Positions 46,194 through 59,879 of a DNA stretch of 64,000 nucleotides are shown here, in pieces. A program made the position numbers and the translations under genes. Under the pieces are notes generated by a model, which had not been told where the DNA came from, did no database searches, and was given only the letters and a program-made list of their open reading frames with translations. The first letter of the stretch is position 1, and every line of letters begins with the position of its first letter. The stretch comes from Lytechinus pictus (Eukaryota): positions 33,172,001 to 33,236,000 of the forward strand of contig NC_087245.1 of assembly GCF_037042905.1 (NCBI RefSeq). The letters are read 5' to 3'.

Positions 46194-49100
46194 GTTAGCA
46201 GTTTAATCAAATTCTCTTAAAATCTGATAAGGTAGTTTCAGATCTCATTATCGAATTGGAAAAATATCAGCTTCTCCAGGAGAGATGGAGGAAGAGGAGA
46301 GGAGAAAGATAGAGAGATGAGGGAGAGAGAGAGAGAGCTAGCACAAATGACTACATGGACTATTTCATAGGAAATAGATTAAATGAGAAATAATACAGAA
46401 GATTGAAATATGGACGAGAAGATTGAGATACAGACCAACAGATACACAGAGAGAGTAAGGAATACCAAGAGTTAGAGAAGAGATCAAATGCAAATAGAGA
46501 ATAATTGATTTCCTTGTGTTTTCTCAGACTATACAGTGTGATATGAAACTGATTGCTGAAATCATAGGAGAGATGGATTTTAAATGGGAGCAAGATTCCT
46601 TCTATTTTCAAAAAATCAATAACGGTGGTAGACTCAAAGTGCCCTGGTATATGGCCGACATCAATAGCAATAGATGGTGCTCAGGCAATGTCTCGTCAGA
46701 GATAGATAATGTTCTCCAGCGACCACATTCCAAAAAATCATTTCCTTTAGTAAAAACAAGATTTTTGTGTACTACTCCATGTGATAAATCCAGTATGTTT
46801 ATCCACAGACTTGTTGAAGAGCTGTATAAAAACAGCTAAAAACTCAAGTTATTTTAACTTTTTCAACCTTAACCACTCATCATATTATCACTGCTATTGC
46901 TTACAAAAGAAAAGTAGCACAGATAGGAAATATATTTCTCAACTTCTGACAAAATGGTCAATATTTCTACTTCCGGCAATGGAACTTGTTAACCGCAGAG
47001 CAATGAAGACTAATTACAAAGTACTTCTCTAAATAAGTAGATCAATAAGCACTACCTCCTTTTTTCTCAATTTCGCCATGGAATAAATCACAAGTATTCT
47101 CTACGTAATTTCCTGTATTTCACAGTCCAATGAGGTTTCATAATGGCAGAAGAATGTGACACTGTTTTTGCCTACTATTTATTGGGGTGTAACAAAAGAG
47201 AGAGAGAGAGAGGGGTAAAAAGAATACTGGTAGTTGGCAGCAGGTCATCCAGGTGTGTTGTGGTCAAGAGTGTCAATGACCATAGGCTAGAGTGATCTTT
47301 CTTTTTCTTTCTTCAGATTACACCTCCACAATTTCAGAGACAATCTTGCTTGATTAGCAGACAATGAAGGATTTACGGAGGAGTTATCTTTCTTTCTCAC
47401 ATTTAACAAATAGCCTATATTCCCTTCTTATGTAGGACCTATAATATACGTCCTACATCTTAATTTACTCATCACCATTTAATTTTCAAAATTACACTCT
47501 GATATTTTTTTTTAAAACTCTATATCAATTTCAATTTTCAATTTTATTCATTAGCTTTATCTTCACCGTTTTCAATTCATTACATTTCTTTCTTAATACA
47601 GCATCAGATATAATGCATCAACAAAGCAACATGAGGAACTGCTCACTCCAAAAAGGGAAGGTGGGGGAGGTCTAAAGGGACTTTTATTTTGCGCCAACTC
47701 ATAGAACATAGAATCTTTAAAAAATTGAATAAATCAATTAAAAGTCAATTATGGAACTAAAGAATAACCAATGCATTGATCACAGGATTCATGCATCCCT
47801 GAGTATAGCCAAATTATCTTTCAAAACACGGAATTTAAAGAAACAATTGTCTGGTCTTTTTTCAAGCCTTCCTTCTGTAATCTCTTCTCCAAGGTGAATC
47901 AACTCACTGTATACAATATCATTGAGGTGATTTCACACTTGCCATCCTAGAAAAGATACATTGGGGCATTACACAAAGATGTAAGTGTCATGCTTAGTGC
48001 TGACCTGCACAGTATATCAGAACACACAATCTCATTGACTAATGTGCAGTTACTAGCGCGCGTCCTTCGAGCATCATTTGACTAATGCAATGATGCATTT
48101 TATACTGCAAGCGACTAAAATTTAAGTCCAACTCTTAAGTCACAGTAACTCTTGGAGAAACACACCCTGGTTAATCTCAGCCAGTAAAATACCAGCCTTT
48201 ATAACAAAATGAAAGCAAAGTACCTGTAATATAACCTGACAGAAAATACTGAAAAATTAGCAGGTACTCCCTAAACCTATGAAAACTTTCACAGGGAATT
48301 GTCAAGGGATGCCAGGTCAACATTTATCAGCTGGAAAGTTGTCAAGTCTGCAATATTTCCTTGGTTTCTATTGGCTCATAAGCACAGGTCTCTGACTGTA
48401 ACTATGGTTACTGTCAGATAATGAAACTTTTATGTAACTCCCCAGGAAATTTGTAGTGTAAACATAAATTACATGTATATAATTTTTGATGGACGCAAGA
48501 AAAATGTGCATCCCAAGTATACAGAAATACATAGGCCTAAATCCTTCTGCACACTCAAATTGACAATATAGTTTAAGCAGGTGGGGAAACTGTGAAATAC
48601 ATCTTCACAATTGAGACCAGGGTTTTGTTTAATAAAACCTGTTCATAGGTTATGCACCAGTTTACAAACTACTTTTACAAAAGACTTTACAAATGACTGG
48701 TGGTACTTACTTGGGTGCTAATCATAGGTTCAGTCATTCAACTACAGTTGAAATATAAGCTTTTTAGATTCATAATTCTATCTTGAACAATAATCTGCAT
48801 GGAAATTTCAATATTTTGATGAAATTTGAAAGGTACTTTAGAGAAAATTCACTCAAATCATATAAAAGCAGGAGAAATTAGAGGTATCTCGAAAGGATCA
48901 CCAGTCATTCAAAAGTCATGTGTAACCAACAATTTTAGAGCTTTATATGAAATGACCCCCTGAACTAATTCTCATAATTGTCAGATATTCTCCTGATCCA
49001 GTAGGTGTGAACACACTATGTCCCTATTCAGGCTCCATGCACAGAGACAGAAATAAACAAACAAATAATTTGTCATCGATACATCCATCATGACATGCAT

Positions 49101-51911
49101 TAGTGAGCATGGGATTTGTTTGTTCTAGATTATATGAATTGCAGCATGTCAGAAATCAATAGTTTAAATCCTGTCAATCTTGTATTTTTCTTCCTGTTTT
49201 CACAAATAAATATGTTTTGAATTGGAGCTATTCTTTAGCTCTTCTTTCCACACAACCTACATAACATCATAATTGTTATTCAGAAGATGAGAAATGGCAC
49301 TTCTTTCAGAGAAGTATTATTTATAAATCCATAAATTTCTCTTGTGATTTCTATGAACTGGAAGTGGAAAATGTGTGACTCCAACCTACAAATATCTTTT
49401 TCGTTTTTTTTAAAGAATGTGTTTTATCCAGATCAGAAAATATCAGTTATTGACGAGAGTATATCAGTTATTGGCTCTGGGTACAGTTTTGTAATTCCAG
49501 TCATCCAGTCTCTTTAAATTCTGCAAAAAATACAAATAAAACCATCAAACTATGCATTCATTTAAGCTGTTTCAATTTTTCTTAAATAATACTCTGCCCC
49601 AAAAGATTTAAATCTTTACCCTTAATACTAGAAGCTATCAATTATACACTTAAATTATAACTGTGCAAATAGGTTTTTATGAATATTACTTACTATGTGT
49701 ATGAACCTCACAAATCAAATTATAAATGCATATATAAATGGAGATATGAATTTGAATCCCTCTACCAAAATTAGACATTTACAAATAAGTTACTTTTGAT
49801 GTCTATTACTTACTAAATGTTTGAACCCAACAACTGCCCCCTCCCTCTTTCTCCCCTGCAACACACCAATCAATCTGACACTGTGTGCCACCCTGGAAAT
49901 GTATTTAGGATTAGTTGAACTTATTTGTAACTTGGCTCTTGGCTAATAGGATTAGTAGCTGGTTAAGAGGATAATCTCAAAAGCCCAAATTGAGCTTCAA
50001 TTCTAATCTCTTGGCAATGGAAAATGTAGGGTAATCTTATCTTATTGTAAATTATTGAAATTGTAAATAAGATATAGGGAATTTCTTTTTGAATGATAAA
50101 TAAGTTATTTTGAAAATAAAGACTTTGCTACTAATCTACACAGAGCATGCACTTATGAACCTGCTTGAAATGATGCAAAATATAAATATATCGTTCAATT
50201 GATTTCCAATACTGTCCCATTCTGTTCACCATGATGAATTTCTAATACACATCAAAACAATATCATTATAAGAGTTGAACTGCCCTTTAAACAATCAATT
50301 ACTGCATGCGTAATATTGCTGAAAGGTGATCGAACTCGAATGACTTTAGAAGTGTGTACATAACTAACGTAAGTATTAATAATTCTGGAAGTGCTCTTAT
50401 ACTTCGTGATAAACTGATATAAAATGAATGGCAAACTCTTATTTTGCAATGAACTTTATTGACCAATGGATAATTGAACTTGCATGGTATTTGTAGATAA
50501 AATATTGTAGGCTGACTTGAGGTGTGCCTTTTATATATCTTGTTTTTACAGAGCTCTTGTTAAACTTTTGGATTTTCTCAATTCCTTTTATAATCATCAA
50601 CATTTTCCGCCACTTGTCATTGTTATTATACTATAATTTGAATGCAATGCATGAAAACAGCATATATGATAACTCATAATCACCTAGTCTTGATGCTCAG
50701 ACTGAGCTCTTACAACCAGCAAGCTAGCTACCAGTATGACAGGTGATCAATATCTAGCATGTCCAAGTTCAAATCTTGTTGGAAACAACACGCGATTTCA
50801 ATCTTTGTTTTCATGTAACATCAGCATCAGCATACGCATATTCCCATCACTGCAATGATACTTATTCTTTCTTTCCAGGAATAATTTATAAAAAGGAGAA
50901 CATCTGGGCTAAACTGTCTGCAATGGTAGACTAGAAGTTGCAGCAGACCAAGAGGACAATAAACATTGACATATAAGGGAGAGCCCTGTCCCCTGACCTA
51001 GCATTCCTCCCATAGCAATGGCTTCTACACACAGGCAAACGCAGCGGCTCCCTCGTCAGTTCCGTACTATCTAGCACACAGAGCCAATTCAATCATGCTA
51101 CTACCTCCCATGTTATAATCACATCTCATATCAATATTCCTATTTCAAAATTAGAGGGATGACTTTATATCTGATTTGTCAACATCGGAATATTGAATAG
51201 ATAAAAAATATTTGAATTAGTTCATGATCAAATTTAAGCTAGAAGTTGTGTAGGGTACGCATCTAATTTGCAACATTAATTACAGTATAGTTTATAAATA
51301 TAATTAATACATTGTTCATAATATGTCAGTATGAGAAAAAAATATTTACTTATACACCAAGTAAACAACATTCAAATAATATTTGAAATGGTCTGTATTT
51401 ATTGATAACAAATAATACAGCTAAATTCTGACACCTACAGACAGACATGTGGGAAGCTACAAATTAGATTACTCTTCTGTGGTTTTTGTTAATTCATTGG
51501 CATTAATAACAATGTTGTACAAACCGTGTCACTTGTTACATTAATATTTACAGCAATGAAAACAAGCTTTAAATGTGTATTGGTTTATCAAAACTAAAAA
51601 ACATGTAAACCTACAGTATTTTGAGAATACACATTTACTTAAGTATTTTTTTTTAATCTAACAGAAAATAACAGAAAAGGAAATGTTACATATTACTAAC
51701 TTCATGATTACATTTAAATAATTTTCAATCCAATATCTGGAAAAAAATTGAAGGGCCTATATCAAAAACTATTTTGAAAATAAACTATGCAATAAAAAAG
51801 AGAGAAATATATTCATCATGCTTCATCATATGGTACATCTGATTTCAAGAAGAATTGGATCAACTTATCCTAAGCAACATTTTTCATAATTTTATATTTA
51901 TTAGTTGTTGG

Positions 51912-52262
51912 TTGGAAGTGTCGAGGTGGAGCGGTTCTGACTCTCGGCTTGTAATCAGAACAGAACCCTGGCCGAGCATCCCTTGGCAACGCGTCAATTC
52001 ACACTCTGCCACTCTCCACCCAGGTGGAGAGTGGCAGAGTTTGGTTACCCAGTAAGATGTGAAAGCCTATGTATAGTACGCCTAACAATCAAGTCGTACA
52101 ACTCTTGTTGGAATGTTCCCCAGGGAGTGGAGAGTGTGCATACACTGTGTGCGGGCATTCAAGGATCTGATGACCGGGGTTGTAATATATGTATAAATTA
52201 CTTAGAGACGTCGTTCTGATGTATTAAGTGCTATATATCGTGGATTATTACTACTATTATTT
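51912..52262 (+). mobile_element. Diverged copy of the same SINE family
   Basis: Colinear similarity to 36960-37313 (GGTTCTGACTCTC, CCCCAGGGAGTGGAG, TGTGTGCGGG, GATGTATTAAGTGCTATATA). Confidence 0.8.
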
Positions 52263-54051
52263 ATAGACAGTACATTTAGTCAATGGGTGGTCCAAATGAT
52301 GGAGTAGAAGTTCCAGTTATGTTGTCATTTAATTCCTTATCATAATGAGAATCAGTTCCGTCATTGATGGCATGCTGTATCACTTGCGTCTTGTTTCAAC
52401 CTATGGTATCTTTGAAATCCAAAGAAACATTATTTTTCTTTAGAATAGGAGAGACTGTGTGGACTTTTCATGATATAAATGGCAAACTGCATAAATTACA
52501 TTATAAACATTAATTTCTAACAGCCAAGAGGAAAATTACATATCAAACGAGATAAGGAAATATTTCTCCACTTCTGTAAAAATCAGTATAAAAATGGTTT
52601 TAAGATCTTACTTCCCAAAAGAATCAACAAATAAATAAATAAATAAATAAATAAACAAACAAATATATAAATAAATAAAATAATAAAATACAGATTTCTG
52701 TGAGGTTGAAAAGAAATCTTCGATGGTCAGTTTTTATCACTTCTCAATTCAGATATTGGTTTAAAATCTCTATGATTAGGACTATTGCCAACAAAGAAAC
52801 TACCTCAAAATCATACAATTCATGAAAAAAGGAAAAACGATTAAGTCCTATTTATATTAATGGATGAAATTCGATATTACCCAAGCTGCAGAATAGTGAG
52901 AAAATGATATTGCTTCCATTTCCGACTTAAAATCTCACTAAAAATGACCAAGTGGAGCGAAGAGTAGTTTCCAAATTGCCATATGGTTAGCCCTATCTTA
53001 TGAATGTGAGAGCACTGTTCTACAAGTGTATTATAGGCTTCGTTCAATCGACACAATTTTACCACATGGTTTCAAAGATCTCTTCCCATGGTTGTGTTCA
53101 AGCAATTTTTCACCAATATAAAATCTTTCAAAATTCAAACATGAAATGCTGACAATGGTATGTTTAGTATATAAGGCAATATTGCTGAATCAATGAAGGA
53201 AAAAGATCGCTTGAACATAGACTGAACGTAACAGAGATCTTAATGATAATGAATCTACTACAGACTTTTTTTGACTCGCGTTTTAGTCGTGCATTGCGGT
53301 ATATTGCAAAATATTCCTTGTTGACTTTGACTTTGTGAGTCAAACTCACCAAAAAAAGATGAGTAGTTAGTGGGTGGGCTTGGAAATAGGTAGAAAGCGT
53401 TTTGTTTTGTGATTCACGTTTTTAATTATAGCTTTAAAAATAGATTGAACATGTCCTTTGACAGGTTAGACCAGAGGGTGTAAAAGAGAGAGATGGCACT
53501 AGAGTTAGCACGTGCGTAAGAAGATTTAATTTCTTTTGTTCACACTTAAGCCCATTCAAGTTGGGCAATGACCCTGTTTAAAGCATCCGTGGAACTTGAA
53601 ATAGAAGTAGAATCGTCACGGGTAAGCCCTAAAGCGCAAGGTGACGCTAAAATGTTAAAAGTCTGTTTATAGTATGGCTTGACCTAGAGTTTGACAGTAG
53701 CAGTTGAAAGAAAAACTACAAGTGCAAATTAAATTGTTGATAAGACATTTAAAATGAGCATCTAACACTGAAAATTTCAAACTATTTTTATCAGAAAGAA
53801 TAGAAATATTTAATGTACATTTTTCATATTTTTCAAATATTTTCCATAAGTTTTAGGAACTATCAGAAGTGAACATTCTACATACAGTACATTGGAAGGG
53901 AGACAACTTTTAAAAGAAGGGAAATAAAATATATTGAAGAAGGTATTATGTAATAAGCAGCATTTTTTTCTCCTTTTGAAAATTACAAGTTTGGATCAAT
54001 ATGAAATCATAAAATATATTTTAAATTTTAAAAAAGATTTATTTTTTTCAA

Positions 54052-54056
54052 ATATA

Positions 54057-54120
<64 letters not shown>
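54052..54120. repeat. (TA)n microsatellite
   Basis: Direct reading. Confidence 0.95.
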
Positions 54121-54128
<8 letters not shown>

Positions 54129-56043
54129 TTGTTTTTACATTATCGTTTTAACTGATTGACTGCTGAATTTTGTAATTTCTCTATGCTTTAATATGAGATT
54201 ACTATACTCCAATAAACAATGTATTAATTGTAAAGGCTTTGTGGTTTAGAGTATAAATATTGTTTTGCTTCATTCATATTGAGCATTGAACCTTTGAACT
54301 GTGACTCGAAATCATATAGTCACAGATGCAAAACCTCTAGACCAATACCTTGCGTTCAGTTGAGATCATGAATGTTCTCAAGAATGCAAAAAAAAGGAGA
54401 AAACAATGGATGTTTAGTCTATACCCTCCTGCTCTATTTAGAGACCCAAGATATGAGGGTCACACGCTCTTGGACTTGACCTTGAGCATGACGTCAAAGT
54501 GACTCTGCGATTTGGGATTTAGGACTGCGGAAGAGCTTGACATGACTCCAACTCAGATGGGACTTTTATGAAGAGAGCAGGTGGAGCAAGGAGACAAGCT
54601 CGGAGAAGACCTTTGATCGATAATTCACAGCTGATGGAAGAACTCTCCACGTTATCTTCTCTGTAGCGGGTCACTCTTTTGGCGAAGACTACGATGTTGC
54701 AGCATGAGGAACATTTCACAAAAACTTTCAGTGAATTTCAGCAACTTATAAGCTACTGAAAATTCTTGCATCTGATTGGCTGAGAGCAGGAAGTCAGTGA
54801 AAATCACCCCAAAATCTCTTCATGAATTGCACCCCAGGTTTGACTTATGAGGTCTTAAATAAAGACTACTTAGCAGTATCAACAGCAAACAAAACAAAAC
54901 ACCCCCCCCCCAAAAAAAAAAAAAAAAAAAATCCACTATGTACATTGTACTTGAGTAGCAATTGACTTTTTAACTTAATCATAAATAGTACATGCTCGCA
55001 AGTGAACAATATTTATCATGGTCATCTGTTCATTTTTGTTATCTTGACAAACTTTCAATCAGTAACAGAACTTGAAGTAAATACCTTGAAACTCAATATC
55101 TTACTAAGTTTGTTTATGTAATCCTCATTTTCCTGAAGCATATTTACCTGAACCCCAAAGATGAAGTGGATCCTTTACAGGATATTTCAGTTTGGTCTTT
55201 AAGCTTTGTTATTTTTTCTTTAAAAAAATAAGGCATTTCTATGGAAAATACTAAAAGAACTAATAATTTTTCCCATAACTATTGATTGGGGGAATAAAGA
55301 AAAATAAATCAACACAGGCCTTCAAAGAAAACTCTGGGTTTCAAGACTAGTCCTATAAATGAGCTGTTCCAATATTTTCACACTTTTCTTAAAGTGGATG
55401 TGACAAACCTTATCCTAGCAGATTAAGTCACCATATTTGAGAAAATTTCAAATTGAATGTTTCAGACAGTGATCTATTAATACGGATGAATATGGTATTA
55501 GCAAAATTCTGGGTTTTTTTCTCCAAGTGACTGAATTCCTATGCTGAGTGGCCTCTAAATATATTCTTTGTTCTTTAAATTTAGCTGCAAAGTCTTTTGC
55601 ATCTGTTGTCATTAATATGAATAGGCAAAACTTCATCATGTGATATTACATGCAGGAAAATAATTTTGTTACCATAGTTAATAGGTGTCATCCTTCAATG
55701 ATCTAATTTTAATTTGCGATTAACACACAAAAGCAATCTATTCAGGACCTTGCAGGCAGGGGTTCAGGAGATTTATATGATCCCCCCATTGAAAATACGT
55801 AACAAAAATATTGTAAAATTTACCTCTTTCGGAGTGGTAACCTTTTTGGGATCAGATCTTTCTAATTCTAAAATCAATACCATATTCTCAACGAAAGCCA
55901 AATTTTGAAAGAAGGATATCCATTTTAAAGGTAAAAGAATGTAGTTGAAGCAAACAATTATTTCATGAGAAAGTCTATAAGATCAAGGTTAATTGTCACT
56001 CTATTGTCATAGATCTAGATCTGGTACATCAACATAAATTTAT

Positions 56044-59000
56044 GTTGTAGAGGCGCCTCACAGGCAGTCCCTTTTTGAGCTCCAGAATTCTTCTTATTTT
56101 GTCACATTATTATTGTTTGAATGCTATATTTACTATATCAGTTTGTAATATATATCGTCAGGATCACCCTAGACCAGTTTGGATCTGTTTGATGGCCTAC
56201 TTTGGAAAATCTGCACGGATCTAGTTTTTGCAGTTTGTCTTCATTGCTGAACCACCATTACATGCATGTTCTCCATGTATCTTGATTTTGGCTTTCAAGT
56301 TCACTCATCCACACCTTCCATTGTCTTCATCAATAGCTTCTGGACACAACAATGGAGTTGGTCAACTTGATAGCAATTGTCCTCATTGTGTCTACAATGG
56401 GAAGGAATGAAGTGGAGCCCTGTATTGGCCACCATGTATTCAAGTGCTGTTTTAAAGAACAGCTGAAACCCAGTAAGTTCCTTGGAACGCGGGTAGCATA
56501 TTATTCTAATGCCACGTCAACCTTCCAGCTTCAACTCTTGTTATCAGGAGATATTAGCTTGAACCCTGGACCAAGGAACTTTGATACCACCACGACCACC
56601 GATGAGTGTTACAATCCTGGTGATACAGCGAGAACAGAATGTAAGGTAAATCGACATGTATATGATAGAAATAAGTTACTGGAGATCAATCAGAATAGAC
56701 AGTTTCTAACAAGGTGCAGACTTCAGGATGGCGTTTGGAAGAATATATGTTCTCTCGGGATTGCTAAAAGGCAAAGGTTTCACAGAGGTAAAAGAGCAGG
56801 GAGAAGGAAGCAGAGGCATATCCCAGTATTGACAACTCCTCGTTTGCCTGTCAACAATACCTCCAGGTGTGGCATCAATTACAACAATCTGAGGAGGATA
56901 CCCAGACACGATCCTAACATTCAGTCTGGTACAAAAGTACATTTATGGAATGCACGTTCTCTCAGAAATAAGGCTTTAGTCACCTATGACTACATTCTTG
57001 AACATGATTTAGATATATTTGTCATCACAGAATCATGGCTGAAAGATGACGATCAAGTTATCAAGGGTGAATGTACCCCACCTGGATATACGCTCATCAA
57101 CACTCCACGTAAAATGGGAAGTGGGGGAGGCATAACAGTTATCTTCAAATCTGAGCTCAAATTACAAACCCGCACTTTGGTGAATGAGTTTAGGACATTT
57201 GAGTGTGTCCATGTTGTGAACAAGTCATCGTCATCTTCATCACTATTGAGTCTGGTTGCTGTTTACCGACCGCCACCATCACCCACAAATGGACTGTCCT
57301 TGGTGGATTTCATGAGTGAATTTGATACCTTTTTGACTGATATGTATGTAATCCCAGGCAAACTAATTTTGCTTGGAGATTTCAACTTCCACATAGACAA
57401 TCTTACTAAGACAGATGTGAATGGTTTTCTCCAGGCTATATCAGCGGCCGGCTTACATCAGCATGTTACTGGTCTAACCCATTCGCAGGGACACACACTG
57501 GATCTTGTTTTCACCAGAGAATCTGAGTCAATAATCAAGAGATGCAGCGTGCAAGATATGCTGATGTCTGACCATTCTGTAGTGAGGTTGGAGCTGACAA
57601 TCCCTGTCAGTCAGCAAGAGATGATCACAAGAACCTCTCGTAATTATAAAGCAATTGATAGGGACAGATTCAGAGATTCCCTTCAAACGATGACTCAGAA
57701 GTTTTCACAACATAAGGATACTGATCATAGTTTTGACTGGTACAATGATACGCTGCGTGGTCTTATTGATTTCTTGGCTCCATCGACAGAAAGGACCTGT
57801 GCGGTACGTAGAAGAATGCCTTGGTACACCGAGGAGATCCATCTTTCTCGACGGAAAAGGTGCAGAGCTGAAAGGAAGTGGCAGAAAAGCAAGTCTGCAA
57901 TAGATCATGATAGCTATCTAATTGCAAAGCGTGAAACATCAAATCTGATCTGCAGGACAAAGATGTCCTTCTTTCGACATGCACTTTCTTCTTCAGATAC
58001 CAAGGAAGTCTACAGGACATTGGACTATTTACTGAACAGAAAGAATATGTGTCTTCCCTTCCATGACTGTGCGGAGACCTTGTGTAACCAGTTTTCTACA
58101 TTCTTTACCAACAAGATTGAAAAGATTCATGAAAGTCTTGGGGATATCACTTCATGTTCCGGGACCTCGATTGAATCTAGACCGTTTTCATCATCTCCTA
58201 TGGTCTGTTTTGATCTGACAACTGAAGATGAGATATTGAAAATCATCAAGGGTTCTGCAAGTAAGTCATGCAGCCTGGATCCCATTCCTACATGGTTCTT
58301 GAAGGAAAACATCCAAGATCTTCTTCCCATCATAACCAAGATAGTCAACTCCTCGCTCTCATCAGGAAACTTTCCAGCGGCAGCGAGAACTGCAGTTATA
58401 CGACCACTTCTTAAAAAGCCATCACTCGACAGGATCTGTCTTTCCAATTATAGACCTGTGTCCAATTTGAGTTTTATTGGAAAGATCATTGAAAAGGTTG
58501 TATGTCGAAGACTTATGGATCACATGGCTGATAATGACCTGTTTGAGCAACACCAATCGGCATACAGACCACACCACAGTACGGAAACAGCTCTAGTGAA
58601 GGTGAAAAATGATATAATGTTTGCCTTAGATAAAGGTCATGTGGCACTTTTGTTGTCACTTGATCTATCAGCAGCATTCGATACCATCGACAGGCAAATT
58701 TTGATATCTCGTATGTCAAACAGGTTAGGAGTCAACGGTATTGCACTCAAGTGGTTCAAATCCTACCTTGCAGACTGGACTACCAAAGTAGAAATAGGTG
58801 GGAAGTCATCTAAGTGTAGTGCGAGTTCTATAGGCTTGCCGCAGGGGTCTGTATTTGGGCCGATCGGCTACTGTATCTACACCTTACCTGTAGGAGACAT
58901 CGCTCGCCATCATAATGTCTTCTACCATACTTATGCTGATGACATACAGCTTTACGTAACATTTGATCCTAAGGTTTGCAGTGTAGATGAAGCGAAGAAG

Positions 59001-59879
59001 ACTCTTTGTGCTTGTGTCACAGACATCTGTAGTTGGATGACTCTTAACAGACTTAAACTCAATGAAGGAAAGACTGAATTTCTTGTCATAGGTTCAAGTC
59101 ATAACCTTCGTTCCCTTGGTGATGTTAGCCTTGGTATTGGTTCTACTACTATTGTATCATCCAAATCTGTTAGAAACCTTGGTGCTTACTTTGATTGTAA
59201 TATGAACATGTTAGAACAAGTTAATCAATTATGTAAATCTGTCAGATTCCATCTAAGAAACATATCGCAGATAAGAAAGTACATAACTGAAGAAACCTGC
59301 CACAGTGCTGTTCGTTGTCATATTTTGTCCAGATTAGATTACTGTAACAGCCTATTAACATCTGTTCCCCAAGTGTATTTGAAGCGCCTACAAAGTTTAC
59401 AAAACTGGGCAGCCCGTATTATCTTTAAGGTGGACCGACGTCATGATCCTGGCCCTTTACTTAAATCTCTTCATTGGCTCCCTGTAAAGAAGAGAATTGT
59501 CTTTAAATTACTTCTTTTTGTCTTCAAAGCCTTTAATAACCAGATGCCAAAATATATCAAAGATAGCCTTGCTTCCCATAGACCAACTCGCCCTAATCTC
59601 CGTTCATCTAAAGACCCATATTTGCTTGCCATACCCAAAACTCGTACAAAAACATTTAGTGTTACTGCTTCTAAAGAATGGAACAACATCCCCACTTTCA
59701 TTAAATCATCAAACTCTTCAGATCAATTTAAGAAACTTCTAAAAACATACCTCTTTTCCGATTAATTTCCTTTGCGTGTATTTGTATTGTAATTATTATG
59801 TACTTTTTTTTTAAATCGTTTGTAAACGCTGTGATATAGTTAACTATGGAGAGCGTACTAAATGCTAGTTATTATTATT
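56044..59879 (+). mobile_element. L2/CR1-group LINE with ~300-bp 5' region and short 3' UTR ending in (ATT)n
   Basis: Intact ORF; 3' end TGTAAACGCT...AGCGTACTAAATGCTAGTTATTATTATT. The 5' boundary is approximate. Confidence 0.85.
56352..59765 (+). CDS. LINE ORF: APE endonuclease + reverse transcriptase (L2/CR1-group non-LTR retrotransposon), 1137 aa, uninterrupted
   Basis: APE motifs WNARSL, ITESWL, VYRPP, LGDFN, GHTLDLV, SDH. RT motifs NYRPVSNLSFIGK, QSAYR..HSTETAL, LDLSAAFDTID, GLPQGSVFGP, YADDIQLY, LKLNEGKTE. C-terminal SRLDYCNS and LHWLPV are typical of the L2 group. Confidence 0.96.
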   Translation: MELVNLIAIVLIVSTMGRNEVEPCIGHHVFKCCFKEQLKPSKFLGTRVAYYSNATSTFQLQLLLSGDISLNPGPRNFDTTTTTDECYNPGDTARTECKVNRHVYDRNKLLEINQNRQFLTRCRLQDGVWKNICSLGIAKRQRFHRGKRAGRRKQRHIPVLTTPRLPVNNTSRCGINYNNLRRIPRHDPNIQSGTKVHLWNARSLRNKALVTYDYILEHDLDIFVITESWLKDDDQVIKGECTPPGYTLINTPRKMGSGGGITVIFKSELKLQTRTLVNEFRTFECVHVVNKSSSSSSLLSLVAVYRPPPSPTNGLSLVDFMSEFDTFLTDMYVIPGKLILLGDFNFHIDNLTKTDVNGFLQAISAAGLHQHVTGLTHSQGHTLDLVFTRESESIIKRCSVQDMLMSDHSVVRLELTIPVSQQEMITRTSRNYKAIDRDRFRDSLQTMTQKFSQHKDTDHSFDWYNDTLRGLIDFLAPSTERTCAVRRRMPWYTEEIHLSRRKRCRAERKWQKSKSAIDHDSYLIAKRETSNLICRTKMSFFRHALSSSDTKEVYRTLDYLLNRKNMCLPFHDCAETLCNQFSTFFTNKIEKIHESLGDITSCSGTSIESRPFSSSPMVCFDLTTEDEILKIIKGSASKSCSLDPIPTWFLKENIQDLLPIITKIVNSSLSSGNFPAAARTAVIRPLLKKPSLDRICLSNYRPVSNLSFIGKIIEKVVCRRLMDHMADNDLFEQHQSAYRPHHSTETALVKVKNDIMFALDKGHVALLLSLDLSAAFDTIDRQILISRMSNRLGVNGIALKWFKSYLADWTTKVEIGGKSSKCSASSIGLPQGSVFGPIGYCIYTLPVGDIARHHNVFYHTYADDIQLYVTFDPKVCSVDEAKKTLCACVTDICSWMTLNRLKLNEGKTEFLVIGSSHNLRSLGDVSLGIGSTTIVSSKSVRNLGAYFDCNMNMLEQVNQLCKSVRFHLRNISQIRKYITEETCHSAVRCHILSRLDYCNSLLTSVPQVYLKRLQSLQNWAARIIFKVDRRHDPGPLLKSLHWLPVKKRIVFKLLLFVFKAFNNQMPKYIKDSLASHRPTRPNLRSSKDPYLLAIPKTRTKTFSVTASKEWNNIPTFIKSSNSSDQFKKLLKTYLFSD

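Noticed and set aside
54420..54720. GC-richer exon-like stretch with a 66-aa ORF
   Set aside because: Stops interrupt the frames checked, and no phase-compatible splice pair or protein motif was found. It could be UTR but that is unsupported.
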